DNA of 64,000 bases from IMG/VR virus record IMGVR_UViG_3300045836_000008, one strand, 5' to 3'. Positions within the stretch are counted from its first letter, which is position 1; the number at the start of each line of letters is the position of its first letter. Source of the DNA: a virus. Lineage: Duplodnaviria > Heunggongvirae > Uroviricota > Caudoviricetes. Below are positions 34,957-46,500 of the stretch, in pieces. The position numbers were made by a program, and so were the translations under genes. A model generated the notes under the pieces. The model was given only the letters and a program-made list of their open reading frames with translations. It did not search any database and was not told the DNA's origin.

Positions 34957-37900
34957 ATGTCAGCCGAACTTTCAACATTCAACGCTGCGCCGTACTTTGA
35001 TGACTACGACGAAGAGAAGAAGTTCTACAAAATCCTGTTCAAGCCGGGTTACTCGGTACAGGCACGTGAACTGACGCAACTTCAGTCGATTCTTCAAAAG
35101 CAGATTCAGCGTCATGGCGACAACATCTTCAAGGATGGTGCGATGGTCGTGCCCGGTCAAGTATCGGTTGACACGTCCTTCCATTACGTGAAGGTGCAGA
35201 ACACGTACAACAATGGCACACAGGTCGCAAACTACACCGACAATCTGGTTGGTGCGATCCTTGTCGGCCAGACTACGGGTGTCATGGCACAGGTCGTGAT
35301 GGTGATCCACACGAACAGCGTGGACCCGGAAACCATCTATGTGAAGTACACATCGGCTGGCACTGACGGCGTGACGAAGGTCTTTGCGGACAACGAAGTT
35401 TTGATCCCGCAAGACACGTCACTGGCATCGTATGGCCTTCAGGCAATCGCATCGGGTTCGACCGGTGTGGGTTCGGCTGCATCCGTGAACAAGGGTGTGT
35501 ACTACATCGGCGGCTACTTCTGCTTGGTCGAACCGCAGACGATCATCCTTGACAAGTACACGAACAGCCCGTCATACAGCGTGGGCGTGAATGTCACGTC
35601 TGGCGCTGTCACGTCTGATGACGATGCGTCGCTGCTGGACAATGCCCTTGGTACGTACAACTACAGTGCGCCGGGTGCAGATCGTATGCAAATCGAATTG
35701 ACGCTGGACAAGCGTGCAATCGGTGCGACCAATACGGCCAACTTCGTGCAACTGTTCCAAGTTGTTGATGGCGTGATTCAGACGATGGTCGTGGACACGG
35801 CATACAACACCATCGCTGACACGATGGCACAACGCACCTACGAACAAGCCGGTGACTACACTGTTACACCGGCTACGCTCGATGTGCGTGAACACCGTAA
35901 CAACAATCGCGGCAACTGGAAGGCCAACACGACCTATGCAGTGGGTGACGTGGTGGTGTCGGGTTCGAACACCTATGTGGCTACGGTCGCGGGTGTGTCG
36001 GGTTCGACGGGTCCGAATGTGACGACTGGTACGCAAGTCGATGGTCAAGTCACGTGGACGTTCAATGCAAACCCATCGTACAACCGTGGTGTGTACACGC
36101 CTGAACAGGGCGGTGACGCAACCATGCTGGCGCTCGGTCTTGAACCGCTGACGGCCTATGTTCGCGGCTACCGTTTGAACAAGGTGTCGGTCGATTGGCT
36201 GTCAGTTCCGAAGGCACGTGATACGCAGTACAACGAATCGTCACACATCACGACGACCGTGGGTAACTACGTCCTTGTGACGAACGTGAACGGCATTCCG
36301 AAGATCGACCAGAATGCAACCGTGAACCTGTACGACCAGATGACGGTCACGCCGGGTGTGCAATCGGTTGGCAACCTTGTCGGTACGGCCCGCGCACGTG
36401 CATTCCAGTATGTGTCTGGCACGATTGGTACGCAGACCGCAGTGTATCTGCTGGCACTGTTCGACATCAAGATGAACAGCGGCAAGAACTTCAACACGAA
36501 CGTGAAGCAGTTCTTCATCAACTATGGTTCGACGGTCCTGAACTTCAGTGCAGACATTCAGCCGGTCACGACGCAACTGACGGGTTCCCTGTCGGCATCG
36601 TCAAGCACGACCGTGACTGGTAACGGCACGCTGTTCCAATCGCAACTGGTGGTTGGTGACTACTTCGTGACGGCTGGCGGTGTTAGCCGTGTGACGGCCA
36701 TTGCATCGAACACTTCGCTGACTGTCGCTACCGCAGTGACGATCACGAACAGTGCTGGTTGGGTGTATGACACGAAGCTGCTTGAACCGCAGAACAGCCC
36801 GAACGTGTTCAAGATGCCGAACTATGCGATCCAATCGGTTCGCTCGTCGGATGGCACGATTGGCACTTCGTACACGGTCCAACAGCGCTTCACTGGCACG
36901 GCCAATGCGTCGGGTGTCCTGACTATCGCAACAAGCGGTACGGATACGTTCGCATCGACGGCGCTGACATCGAACTACACGTGCGTGGACAACACGACTG
37001 GCGCGATCCTGTCACCGGCATCGATCACCCTGAACACGCCATCGAACAGCCAAGCTACGCTGACCTTCACTGCGTCACAAGCTTCGCACTCGATCAGCGT
37101 GATTGCAGCAGTGAACCGCCAAGGTTCGGGCACTGAGAAGATCAAGACCCTGAACACCGGTACGCTGGTGCTGACGACTGCGGCAACGGCTGGTGCATCG
37201 ACAATCACGCTTCCACAAGCTGACGGCTATGCACTCGTCTCGGTGATGCAGGACAGCGGCACGTTCGCTGCACCTACGGGCCAGTACACGAAGGACGTTA
37301 CGTCGAACTACACGTTCAATGACGGTCAGACGGACTCGTACTACGGTCTGGCATCGATCAGCCTGTCATCGACCGGTGTGGCTGCAACTGCGCCGATCAC
37401 GATCACGTACCAATACTTCTCGCACAGTTCGACGGGTGACTACTTCACGGTCAACTCGTACCTGTCAACGATGCAGTATCAGGACATCCCGTACTTCAAC
37501 GGTATGGCACTGCGTGACTGTATCGACTTCCGCCCGCGCATCTCGACCAATGGTCAAGACTTCGTGTCATCGGGTGCGATTGTGAACGGTGTGCCGGTGC
37601 GTGGCTACGATGTCATCACGAACTACACGAACTACCTTGGCCGTCAAGATAAGCTTGCACTGGCTTCGGATGGTACGTTCTTTGACGTGAAGGGCGTGTC
37701 GTCACTGACGCCAGCACTGCCGGATGATCCGTCAACGGCAATGGTCCTGTTCACGGTCAATCTGGAACCGTACACGTTTGGTACGAAGACGACCAACGTT
37801 GCAGTGACTACGATTGACAACAAGCGCTACACGATGCGTGATATTGGCGCATTGGACAAGCGTATTGCCAACCTTGAATACTACACGTCTCTGTCGCTGC

Positions 37901-40900
37901 TTGAACAGCAAACCACGTCGATGAACATCACCGATTCGACAGGTCTGACGCGTTACCAGAACGGTTTCATTGTGGACTCGTTCAATGGTCACGGTGTTGG
38001 CAACCCGTCGAACCCGGACTACATGTGTTCTATCGACATGACGAACAACATGCTGCGTCCGTTCTTCTCGATGGAGAACATCAACCTGATCGAGAACAAC
38101 ACCAACAACAGCCAACGTGCTGCGGCTGGTTATCAGGTGACGGGCGATGTGGTGACACTGCCGTACAGCCAAGTGTCGTTCATCTCGCAGCCGTATGCGT
38201 CGGAATACGTGAACGTCAACCCGTTCGCGGTCTATGCCTTCATCGGCCACACGGACCTTACACCGTCTTCGGACGAATGGTTCGATACGTACCAACTGCC
38301 AGACATCGTGACGAACGTGGACGGCAACTTCAACACCATTTCGGCACTCGCTGCGGCATCTGGTGTTCTGGGTACGGTGTGGAATGCTTGGCAGACCCAA
38401 TGGACCGGTGCAAGCACGACTAGCACGACGACCTACAATTGGGGCGTTCACACCAACACCTATTCGGTGAACGGTGGTCCGCTGCAACTGCGTCCTGCTT
38501 CGCAAGACAACCTTGGCAATGGTACGGGTCAAGCACGTACTCTGGTGACAGAGACGACCGCTACTACTGTCGGACAATCGCGTACTGGTATCAACACGCA
38601 GATCGTCCCACAGATCACCAACACGGTGACGGCAGACAACGTTGTGGCACAGGCGGTGATCCCGTACATTCGTGCCCGCAATGTGCAGTTCATGTCGCGT
38701 GGCCTGAAGCCGAACACGACGTTCTACCCGTTCTTTGATGGCACATCGGTTTCGGCCTATGTGACACCTTCGACGGCACTGAAGTACACGGCGGTATCGG
38801 GTTTCACGTCCGTGTTTGACTATCAGTCGAATGTGGGCGGTCTGGCCGATCAGTTCGCACGCCAGATTACCGGCAACACGAACAATGCACTCGATTCGGG
38901 TGACGTGGTGTATGTGGTGCAACGTGGTTCGACTAGCTACACCTTGACGAACAGCCCTGCTACGGCGGTGGTTGGTCTACAAGAGAACCATGCTGACGGT
39001 ACGCTTCAGTTGCAAGTCCTGAACATCCTTGGTTCATTCCAAGCTGGTGACGTGATTCAAGGTACGTTGTCGAACAGCCGTGGTACGTTGACGGTTGCCC
39101 CGACAGTCAGCAATGAAGGCGGCGCTCTGGTGTCGAACTTCAACGGTGACATCGTTGGCCTGTTCCAAATCCCTGATGACAATTCGCTGAAGTTCCGCAC
39201 TGGCACTCGCGAATTCAAGGTGACGGACAGTTCGACCAATGGTACGGATTCCACATCGTATGCAGCAGTGCAGTACACGGCAACCGGTATCCTTCAAACG
39301 AAGCAAGCGTATGTGACTTCGACCCGCAATGCGGAAATCGTTCAGACGCAAGTTTCGGATACCCAAACAGTTGTGCAGACTTCAACTTCGGTTGTGTCTG
39401 ACACTGGCTGGTGGGACCCACTTGCAGAAACGTTCCTTGTGAACAGCACTGACGGTGCGTTCCTGACTTCGGTTGACCTGTACTTCCAATCGAAGGACCA
39501 GAACATTCCGGTGCAGGTTGAAATCCGTGATGTGGTCAATGGCTATCCGGGTACGAATGTGTTGCCGTTCTCGCACACCGTGCTGACACCGGACAAGGTG
39601 AATGTGTCGCAAGACGCGAGCGTGGCAACCCGCTTCACCTTCGAATCGCCGGTCTACGTGAACGATGGCACTAGCTATGCGCTGGTGGTGATGTCCGATT
39701 CCAATGCGTACAACGTGTGGATCGCGACGCTCGGTGAGAAGGTTGTGAACTCCGACAGCTACATCTCGGAACAGCCTTACACTGGCGTGATGTTCGAATC
39801 GCAGAATGCTTCAACGTGGACTGCGAACCAGAACAGCGACATCAAGTTCACGATCAACCGTGCGAAGTTCGTGACGGGTCAGTATGGTGAAGTTGAGTTC
39901 GTGAACGCGCAGCCTGACCTTCACGCACTGATTGCAACACCGTTCCAGACGGCAAGCGGTTCAACGCTGGTTCGTGTGTTCGATCAGAACCACGGCAACC
40001 CGAACGGATCGTCAGTGACGATCAGCGGTGTGACGGCGGCAGTGAACGGCATCCCGGCTGCACAGTTGAACGGTACGTTCGTGATTAGCAATGTCGAATT
40101 CGACAGCTACACGATCAGCGTGTCATCGGCGGCAACATCGTCGGGTCTGGGCGGCAATGCTGGTGTGTATGCGACGGCTAACGTCACGTATGACACGCTG
40201 CAACCGGTGGTTCAAGCCCAAAGCTTCACGGATACGACTACGGCGTGGTTCGTGAAGACGACAACGGGCCAAACCCCGCGTGGTGGTACGGAAACCCCGT
40301 ATGTGTTGGATACGTCCTACTGGCCGGTCGTGGTGAACGACAACAACACGATTGGGAACACGTGTCTGGTAGCATCGGCACCGAACCAATCTGCGTCGAT
40401 CCTGAATGGTTCGAAGTCACTCTGGCTGAAGGGTCAGATGTACACGACGAACGATGCAGTTTCGCCGTTCATCGACATGCACCGTCTGTCAGCCATCGCG
40501 GTTCGCAACCGTATCGGTACGCCGACCCTTGCGAACACCAACGTGGCAGCGCTGGACGATGTGACCGTGGTCAGTGGCAACACCAACCTGTCGTTCTCGG
40601 GCAACCAGATCACGACAACGGACGCGACAACGAAGCAAGCACTACTGACTATCGTTCCGGGTACGTATGTTGTCATCTCGGGTACGGCGTCGAACAACGG
40701 CACGTTCCTGACCCAAGCTGTCGCAAGTGATGGTAGTTCGGTGACGTTTGCCAACACCTTCACGACGCAAGCAACAGGTACGGCAACGACGCTGGTGATG
40801 CACAGCCAGTTCCTTGACGAGACTGCACCGGCTGGTTCGACAACGATCAGCAAGTACGTGTCCAAGAAGGTGAACTTCTCCAACACATCGACGTATCTCC

Positions 40901-41181
40901 GGGTACAGATGGCGTTGGCAGTTCCGCCAGCGGGCAATGTGCTGGTGTACTACAAGGCGAACCCGGCTGGCCTGACGACTGGCTTTGACGCTCTTCCGTA
41001 TGTGCTGTTGAACCCTGACAGCGCGATCAAGAAGACGACCAACCAGACGTTCACGGACACGTCATACAGCCTGACCGGCATGGCAGCGTTCGATGCGATC
41101 CAAGTCAAGATCGTGATGCAGTCCACGGACTCTTCACAAGTACCACTGGTCAAAGACCTTCGCATCATCGCTTGCGCATAA
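34957..41181 (+). CDS. Large virion structural protein (VrlC/DUF4815-like)
   Basis: APYFDDYDEEKKFYKILFKPGYSVQARELTQLQSILQ, APGADR, KRYTMRDIGALDKRIANLEYYTSLSLLE, WWDPLAETF, PLVKDLRIIA. Confidence 0.85.
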   Translation: MSAELSTFNAAPYFDDYDEEKKFYKILFKPGYSVQARELTQLQSILQKQIQRHGDNIFKDGAMVVPGQVSVDTSFHYVKVQNTYNNGTQVANYTDNLVGAILVGQTTGVMAQVVMVIHTNSVDPETIYVKYTSAGTDGVTKVFADNEVLIPQDTSLASYGLQAIASGSTGVGSAASVNKGVYYIGGYFCLVEPQTIILDKYTNSPSYSVGVNVTSGAVTSDDDASLLDNALGTYNYSAPGADRMQIELTLDKRAIGATNTANFVQLFQVVDGVIQTMVVDTAYNTIADTMAQRTYEQAGDYTVTPATLDVREHRNNNRGNWKANTTYAVGDVVVSGSNTYVATVAGVSGSTGPNVTTGTQVDGQVTWTFNANPSYNRGVYTPEQGGDATMLALGLEPLTAYVRGYRLNKVSVDWLSVPKARDTQYNESSHITTTVGNYVLVTNVNGIPKIDQNATVNLYDQMTVTPGVQSVGNLVGTARARAFQYVSGTIGTQTAVYLLALFDIKMNSGKNFNTNVKQFFINYGSTVLNFSADIQPVTTQLTGSLSASSSTTVTGNGTLFQSQLVVGDYFVTAGGVSRVTAIASNTSLTVATAVTITNSAGWVYDTKLLEPQNSPNVFKMPNYAIQSVRSSDGTIGTSYTVQQRFTGTANASGVLTIATSGTDTFASTALTSNYTCVDNTTGAILSPASITLNTPSNSQATLTFTASQASHSISVIAAVNRQGSGTEKIKTLNTGTLVLTTAATAGASTITLPQADGYALVSVMQDSGTFAAPTGQYTKDVTSNYTFNDGQTDSYYGLASISLSSTGVAATAPITITYQYFSHSSTGDYFTVNSYLSTMQYQDIPYFNGMALRDCIDFRPRISTNGQDFVSSGAIVNGVPVRGYDVITNYTNYLGRQDKLALASDGTFFDVKGVSSLTPALPDDPSTAMVLFTVNLEPYTFGTKTTNVAVTTIDNKRYTMRDIGALDKRIANLEYYTSLSLLEQQTTSMNITDSTGLTRYQNGFIVDSFNGHGVGNPSNPDYMCSIDMTNNMLRPFFSMENINLIENNTNNSQRAAAGYQVTGDVVTLPYSQVSFISQPYASEYVNVNPFAVYAFIGHTDLTPSSDEWFDTYQLPDIVTNVDGNFNTISALAAASGVLGTVWNAWQTQWTGASTTSTTTYNWGVHTNTYSVNGGPLQLRPASQDNLGNGTGQARTLVTETTATTVGQSRTGINTQIVPQITNTVTADNVVAQAVIPYIRARNVQFMSRGLKPNTTFYPFFDGTSVSAYVTPSTALKYTAVSGFTSVFDYQSNVGGLADQFARQITGNTNNALDSGDVVYVVQRGSTSYTLTNSPATAVVGLQENHADGTLQLQVLNILGSFQAGDVIQGTLSNSRGTLTVAPTVSNEGGALVSNFNGDIVGLFQIPDDNSLKFRTGTREFKVTDSSTNGTDSTSYAAVQYTATGILQTKQAYVTSTRNAEIVQTQVSDTQTVVQTSTSVVSDTGWWDPLAETFLVNSTDGAFLTSVDLYFQSKDQNIPVQVEIRDVVNGYPGTNVLPFSHTVLTPDKVNVSQDASVATRFTFESPVYVNDGTSYALVVMSDSNAYNVWIATLGEKVVNSDSYISEQPYTGVMFESQNASTWTANQNSDIKFTINRAKFVTGQYGEVEFVNAQPDLHALIATPFQTASGSTLVRVFDQNHGNPNGSSVTISGVTAAVNGIPAAQLNGTFVISNVEFDSYTISVSSAATSSGLGGNAGVYATANVTYDTLQPVVQAQSFTDTTTAWFVKTTTGQTPRGGTETPYVLDTSYWPVVVNDNNTIGNTCLVASAPNQSASILNGSKSLWLKGQMYTTNDAVSPFIDMHRLSAIAVRNRIGTPTLANTNVAALDDVTVVSGNTNLSFSGNQITTTDATTKQALLTIVPGTYVVISGTASNNGTFLTQAVASDGSSVTFANTFTTQATGTATTLVMHSQFLDETAPAGSTTISKYVSKKVNFSNTSTYLRVQMALAVPPAGNVLVYYKANPAGLTTGFDALPYVLLNPDSAIKKTTNQTFTDTSYSLTGMAAFDAIQVKIVMQSTDSSQVPLVKDLRIIACA

Positions 41182-41199
41182 CCCAGAAGGAAAACCATC

Positions 41200-41430
41200 G
41201 TGACCGACTACATCAAAGTCGCCGGTCACGATGGCCTAGTTCGCGACCGTGCGACAGGGGCCATCGTGAACACCAACCGGGCGGACTACGAGTCCTACAT
41301 TGCACGCCGTGACGCGGCGCTGAAACGACAGCAACAAGTCGATAAACATGAAGAAGAGCTAAATACTATCAAGGCGGATATTGCCGAAATCAAACAACTT
41401 CTCTTGGCAGTGCTGAAGAATGGCGGCTGA
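41200..41430 (+). CDS. Conserved T4-like hypothetical protein
   Basis: IKVAGHDGLVRDRATGAIVNTN plus coiled coil; typical neighbour of VrlC-like genes. Confidence 0.75.
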   Translation: MTDYIKVAGHDGLVRDRATGAIVNTNRADYESYIARRDAALKRQQQVDKHEEELNTIKADIAEIKQLLLAVLKNGG

Positions 41431-41755
41431 ATACAATCTCTACATCGACCAAGGCGTGACATTTTCCACTGAGATTACCATTTCTGATGACAATGGTATT
41501 CCAGTGGATTTGACCAATGCGACACTGGCATCACAGGTGCGCAAGTCGTACACGTCCACGGTCGCATTCCCGTTCACGATTACCGTACTCGGTGATCCAA
41601 CAATGGGACAAGTCGTGCTGTCGATGACTGCGACACAAACCGCTGCAATGGCGGCTGGCCGTTATGTCTATGACGCACAGTACAACATCAATGGGGTTGT
41701 GACACGGTTCCTGAAGGGGCTGGTCACGATCTTCCCGGCAGTAACACAGACATGA
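41420..41755 (+). CDS. Conserved structural protein (BppU N-terminal-like)
   Basis: MAAEYNLYIDQGVTFS, SQVRKSYTS, AGRYVYD; CTAAATA at 41359-41365. Confidence 0.75.
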   Translation: MAAEYNLYIDQGVTFSTEITISDDNGIPVDLTNATLASQVRKSYTSTVAFPFTITVLGDPTMGQVVLSMTATQTAAMAAGRYVYDAQYNINGVVTRFLKGLVTIFPAVTQT

Positions 41756-42036
41756 AAGTAACAGTCAATCAACAAACACCGGTCAGCGTCTCGGTCGGCG
41801 GTTCGCAGAAGGTATTGAATGCCACGGTTGACGCTACTGGCCCGCAAGGTCCAAAGGGCGATCCGGGTCAACAAGGTCCAGCCGGTGCGAATGGTCTGGC
41901 ACTTCTGTCACAAGCACAAGACGTTGACGTTACAAACATCACTGACGGCGCATTGCTGATCTTCAGCGAACAATCGGGCAAGTGGGAAGCTGGAACCATG
42001 CTTGAAAGTCAGTACATCGAAGGGGGTCACTTCTAA
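41752..42036 (+). CDS. Small structural protein with a short collagen-like stretch
   Basis: GPQGPKGDPGQQGPAGANG; C-terminal IEGGHF. Confidence 0.7.
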   Translation: MKVTVNQQTPVSVSVGGSQKVLNATVDATGPQGPKGDPGQQGPAGANGLALLSQAQDVDVTNITDGALLIFSEQSGKWEAGTMLESQYIEGGHF

Positions 42037-43445
42037 TGTCAACAGTCATTCGTATCAAACGCTCGGGTGTATCGGGCAATCCGCCAACACTGGCGGCGGG
42101 CGAACTCGCCTATTCATACCTACCAGACAACGGTTCGAACGGCGGTGATCGTCTGTACATCGGTGTTGGTACGGAAACAGCCGGTAATGCTGCAAACCAC
42201 TTGGTGATCGGCGGTGTGCGTTACACGTCGATGATCGATGCGGCTACACCGAACAACACGGCTTCAACACTGGTGATGCGCGATTCGTCGGGCAACATCA
42301 CGGTCACACAGGTCACAGGTGCGCTGCATGGCAACGCTGATACTGCGACCAAGCTGCTGACACCACGCAACATCAACCTGACTGGCCCGGTGACGGGTAC
42401 GGTGTCGTTCGATGGTTCAGGTGATGTCAACATTGCCACGACGATCCAAAGTTCGACAGCGCCGACATTCGCGGGTGCGACGTACACCGGCAACGTCAAC
42501 ATGTCGGGCAACACGATCACGAACCTTGCTGATCCGGTCAACCCGCAAGATGCAGCCACGAAGAACTATGTGGACGCGTCGCGTGCTGGTCTGGACGTGA
42601 AGGTATCGGTGCGTGCTGCGACGACTGCCAACATCACATTGTCGGGACTACAGACGGTTGATGGTGTCTCGCTGAACGCGGGTGATCGCGTGCTGGTGAT
42701 GGCACAGACCGATGCAACCACGAACGGTATCTATGTCGCGGCTGCTGGTGCATGGTCACGTTCGACTGATGCGAACTCGAATACCAATGTCACACCGGGT
42801 CTGTTCACGTTCGTTGAAGAAGGTACGCTGAACCACGATCAAGGCTTCGTGCTGGTCACGGATGGCGCGATCAATCTCGGTACTACGGCCATCAACTTCA
42901 CGCAGTTCTCGGGTGTCGGTGAAATCATCACTGGTCCGGGTCTGTCGAAGAACGGTAACACGCTGGACATCAATTCGACCTACGTTGGTCAGACATCGAT
43001 TGTCACGCTTGGTACGGTCACGACTGGTACGTGGCACGGCACGATAATTGCCCCGCAGTATGGTGGTACGGGTGTCAACAATGGCACATCGACTATCACG
43101 GTTGGCGGCAACCTGACGTTCAGTGGTGCGTTCGGTACAACGATCAATGTGACGGGTACGACGAACGTCACATTGCCGACATCGGGCACACTGGTCAATA
43201 GCCAAGTTGCTACGCTGTCCCAACTGACTTCGGTCGGCACGATTACGACAGGTGTGTGGCAAGGTACGCCGGTTGCAGCAAGCTACGGCGGTACGGGTCA
43301 ATCGACCTATGCTATCGGTGACATCCTTGTGGCTACGGCTACGAACACGCTGTCACGTCTGGCTGTCTCTGCAACGGCGGGCCAAGTCCTACAGTCGAAC
43401 GGTACAACACTGGTCTATGGTGACGTGGACGGTGGAACGTACTGA
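42036..43445 (+). CDS. Tail fibre-like protein
   Basis: IRIKRSGVSGNPPTLAAGELAY, ITNLADPVNPQDAATKNYVD, GDRVLV..QT...NGIYV, DGGTY end. Confidence 0.8.
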   Translation: MSTVIRIKRSGVSGNPPTLAAGELAYSYLPDNGSNGGDRLYIGVGTETAGNAANHLVIGGVRYTSMIDAATPNNTASTLVMRDSSGNITVTQVTGALHGNADTATKLLTPRNINLTGPVTGTVSFDGSGDVNIATTIQSSTAPTFAGATYTGNVNMSGNTITNLADPVNPQDAATKNYVDASRAGLDVKVSVRAATTANITLSGLQTVDGVSLNAGDRVLVMAQTDATTNGIYVAAAGAWSRSTDANSNTNVTPGLFTFVEEGTLNHDQGFVLVTDGAINLGTTAINFTQFSGVGEIITGPGLSKNGNTLDINSTYVGQTSIVTLGTVTTGTWHGTIIAPQYGGTGVNNGTSTITVGGNLTFSGAFGTTINVTGTTNVTLPTSGTLVNSQVATLSQLTSVGTITTGVWQGTPVAASYGGTGQSTYAIGDILVATATNTLSRLAVSATAGQVLQSNGTTLVYGDVDGGTY

Positions 43446-43446
43446 T

Positions 43447-43453
43447 CTAAATA
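43447..43453 (+). promoter_or_regulatory. Late promoter (CTAAATA)
   Basis: Right after the stop of the upstream gene. Confidence 0.65.
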
Positions 43454-43467
43454 AATGATATGCAATG

Positions 43468-43490
43468 CGCCCTGTCTTTACAGGGCGTTT
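43468..43490 (+). terminator. Hairpin with short U-tract (terminator-like)
   Basis: cgccctgt-cttt-acagggcg then TTT. Confidence 0.6.
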
Positions 43491-43549
43491 CCGTTTCTAC
43501 GGGCTGAAATCTTCAGCAATCCTGTACATACAGACACAAGGATGAACTC

Positions 43550-46500
43550 ATGGCAGTTCTGATTAAACGCTCGTCTGTTGCTGGCAAAGTCCCGGCAACG
43601 ACTGACCTGAACTATGGCGAACTTGCGCTGAACTCGCATGACGGTCGCCTGTTCCTGAAGGCCAACAACGGGTCTGGTGATGCGATCATCGAAGTCACTT
43701 CGGTTACGTCGCTTCTGAACAAGACCGTGACGGCCAACGTCACCCTGACTGCACTCGAATATTCGAACGCGATGATCGTGTTCTCGGGCGCACTCACGGC
43801 CAACACTGTTGTCACTGTCCCCAATACCCCACACTCGTTCATTGTTGTCAACAAGACGACAGGGAACTATTCGCTTACGCTTCAAAGCCAAGGTCAAACA
43901 CCTTCGGTCGTGGTGACGCAAGGTACGGCAGAATCGCTGCTTTGTGACACGACTGGTGTGTATGCAACAGCGGCAACAACTGGTGTTGAATTCGCCAAGG
44001 TGATCCCGGTTACGGCCAACGTGACCGCAGACATCACCTATGCTGGCGCACTGCTGCTTGTGACCACGGCTGGTGTAACGATCACGATGCCAAAGGCCAA
44101 CACGTACCAAGCCGGTACGGGCTTCGGTATCCTGAACGTGTCGGGTGGTTCAGTCACGGTTGCAGTGCAGTCCGGTGATTCGGGCGTACTGACATTCCCG
44201 CTGACGGTTCAGAACAATGATTCGTACTACCTTGCATCTGACAACAGCACGAAGTGGCATTGTGTCTGGTACAGCAATCCGCAATCACCTACCTTTGGCG
44301 CACTGACGGCATCATCGCTGACATCGACGGGCAACCTGTCGGTCACTGGTACATCGACCTTCACTGGTGCGGCCACATTCAACAACACCAACACCAACTT
44401 GGGTGCAGTGGGTGCGACGTTGAACATCGGTTCACTGGCATCGGCGGGTACGAGTTCGATCCTGTTCCGTTCGTCGGGCCTGAATTCGACCTATGACAGT
44501 GAAATCTATGGCACTGGTGGTACGGCATCACCGGGCAACGGCCAGATCAACTACACGGCGGGTTCGCACGTATTTCGCATTGGTAGCACGGCCAAACTGT
44601 CGATCACGTCTTCGGGTGTGACACTGCTGAATACAACAACGGACAGCGGTTCAGGCGCAGTGCTTCAGGTCAATGGCGACATCGAAACTCAGTGGGGTTT
44701 GATTCGTTCTACGACCTATTCAGCGCCGAGTTCAATCGTCCTGCGTCAGTCGGATGGTGTACCGGGTTCGGCTACGGCTACACAGAACGGCGATCAGGTT
44801 TCGACGGTCGTCAGCTATGCCTACGATGGCGCAGCATTCCGCAACATGGCATCGGTGGATGTGTACGCTGAAGCCAATGTGACGAACACTTCTGCACCGG
44901 GCAACATCCGCTTCTACACGACGCCTAGCGGTTCGATCAACAAGTCGGAACGCATGCGGATCACTGCACGCGGCGGCATTCTTATCGGTACGACTACGGA
45001 TGATGGCGCATCGGCCATGATCGTGACGGGTACGGCCACGTTCAATAACACCATTGTTGCAGGTTCGAACATCACGTCGAATGCTGGCAAGGTGACGGGT
45101 AATAGTTCGAATGGCGCACTGACGGCATCGAATGGTGGTGGTGCGGGTCAGACTTCAATGATCCTGAACCGTGCGGGTGCGCCGACCGATCAAAAGCAAT
45201 GGGAAGTGATGCAGGACGGTTCGGGTACGTTTGTTCTCCGAACGGTCAATGATGCCTACAGCGCGTCACAGTACGCGATGCAAGTCACGCGTGCGAGTTC
45301 GTACACGCTTGGCTATATGTCCCTGATGTCACAAGGTGGACACGTGCTGATCGGTGGTACGACTGATAACGGCACGGACGAACTGCAAGTCACTGGCACG
45401 ATCCAGACATCGGGCGGCATTGTCTTCCCGGATGGCACGAAGCAGACCACGGCCAACGGTGTCACTGCGCCTACGTCACAGGTCTACACACCGGCTGCGA
45501 ACGCCACGTCGTTTCAACCAACGGGCGGCTACACGGTTCCGTTCGTTCAGGTCTTCAAGAACAACGGACGCCTGATTCCGAACGTAGACTTCACTGCACC
45601 GGATGGGGTGAACATCAACCTGACGGTCGCGGCTACGGGTCGTGATCGTTATGAAGTCCTGACGAGTGTCATCTACAGCCCGTCAACGGTATTTGCGCCT
45701 ACATCCACGGTGTACAACCTGTCGGTCGGTGCAACGACGATCAACACGTCGAACCTGAACACGATCATGTGGGTGTATCAGAACAATGACCGTCTGATCC
45801 CGACACAGGACTTCACATACAACACGTCAACTGGTGTCATCACGTTGACCAATGCTGTTACATCGGCAACGGACAACTACGAAGTCATCGCATTCCAGCC
45901 GTTCGCGATCAATGGCATGTTGCCGTTCGTGCAAAGTGGTTCGTACAGCTTGGCATCGGGTCAAATCCCGGTGTACAACGGTTCGACATGGACGAACAAG
46001 CCACTGGCATTGTCTACCGGTACGAACGTCACACTCGATCCGTCGAACAAGTCTGCATCGGTCACACTGTCGAACACGAACAGCACGGCCACGTTCGGTT
46101 CGGGTCAGTCGATGGTGATTGGCAACACTGGTGTGAACTCGGGCAAGTATTACTTCGAAGTCACGTTCACGTCTGGTACGAACTCGGGTAACGCGGCTGT
46201 CGGTCTGGTTCCCAAGACTGAAACCCTGACGGCACAGATCGGTTACAACGATCCGAGTGCGAACTATTCGGTCGGCTGCTTCCAGAACTCGGGCAACATC
46301 TACAAGAACGGCGGTACGAGTGCGGGCAGTGCGTCGGCATTCAACACGGCTGGCAACGTGGTTCAAGTCGCCTACGATGCGGGCAACCGTCTGGTGTGGT
46401 TCGCGGTCAATGGCGGTAACTGGAACGGTAGTGCTGCTAACAGTCCTGCTACTGGTGTGGGCGGTATCGCAGTTGGTGGTACGGCTGCAATGTTCCCGGC

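Noticed and set aside
41752-42036. True collagen fibre protein
   Set aside because: Only about six Gly-X-Y triplets, too short for a fibre shaft; kept as a minor structural protein
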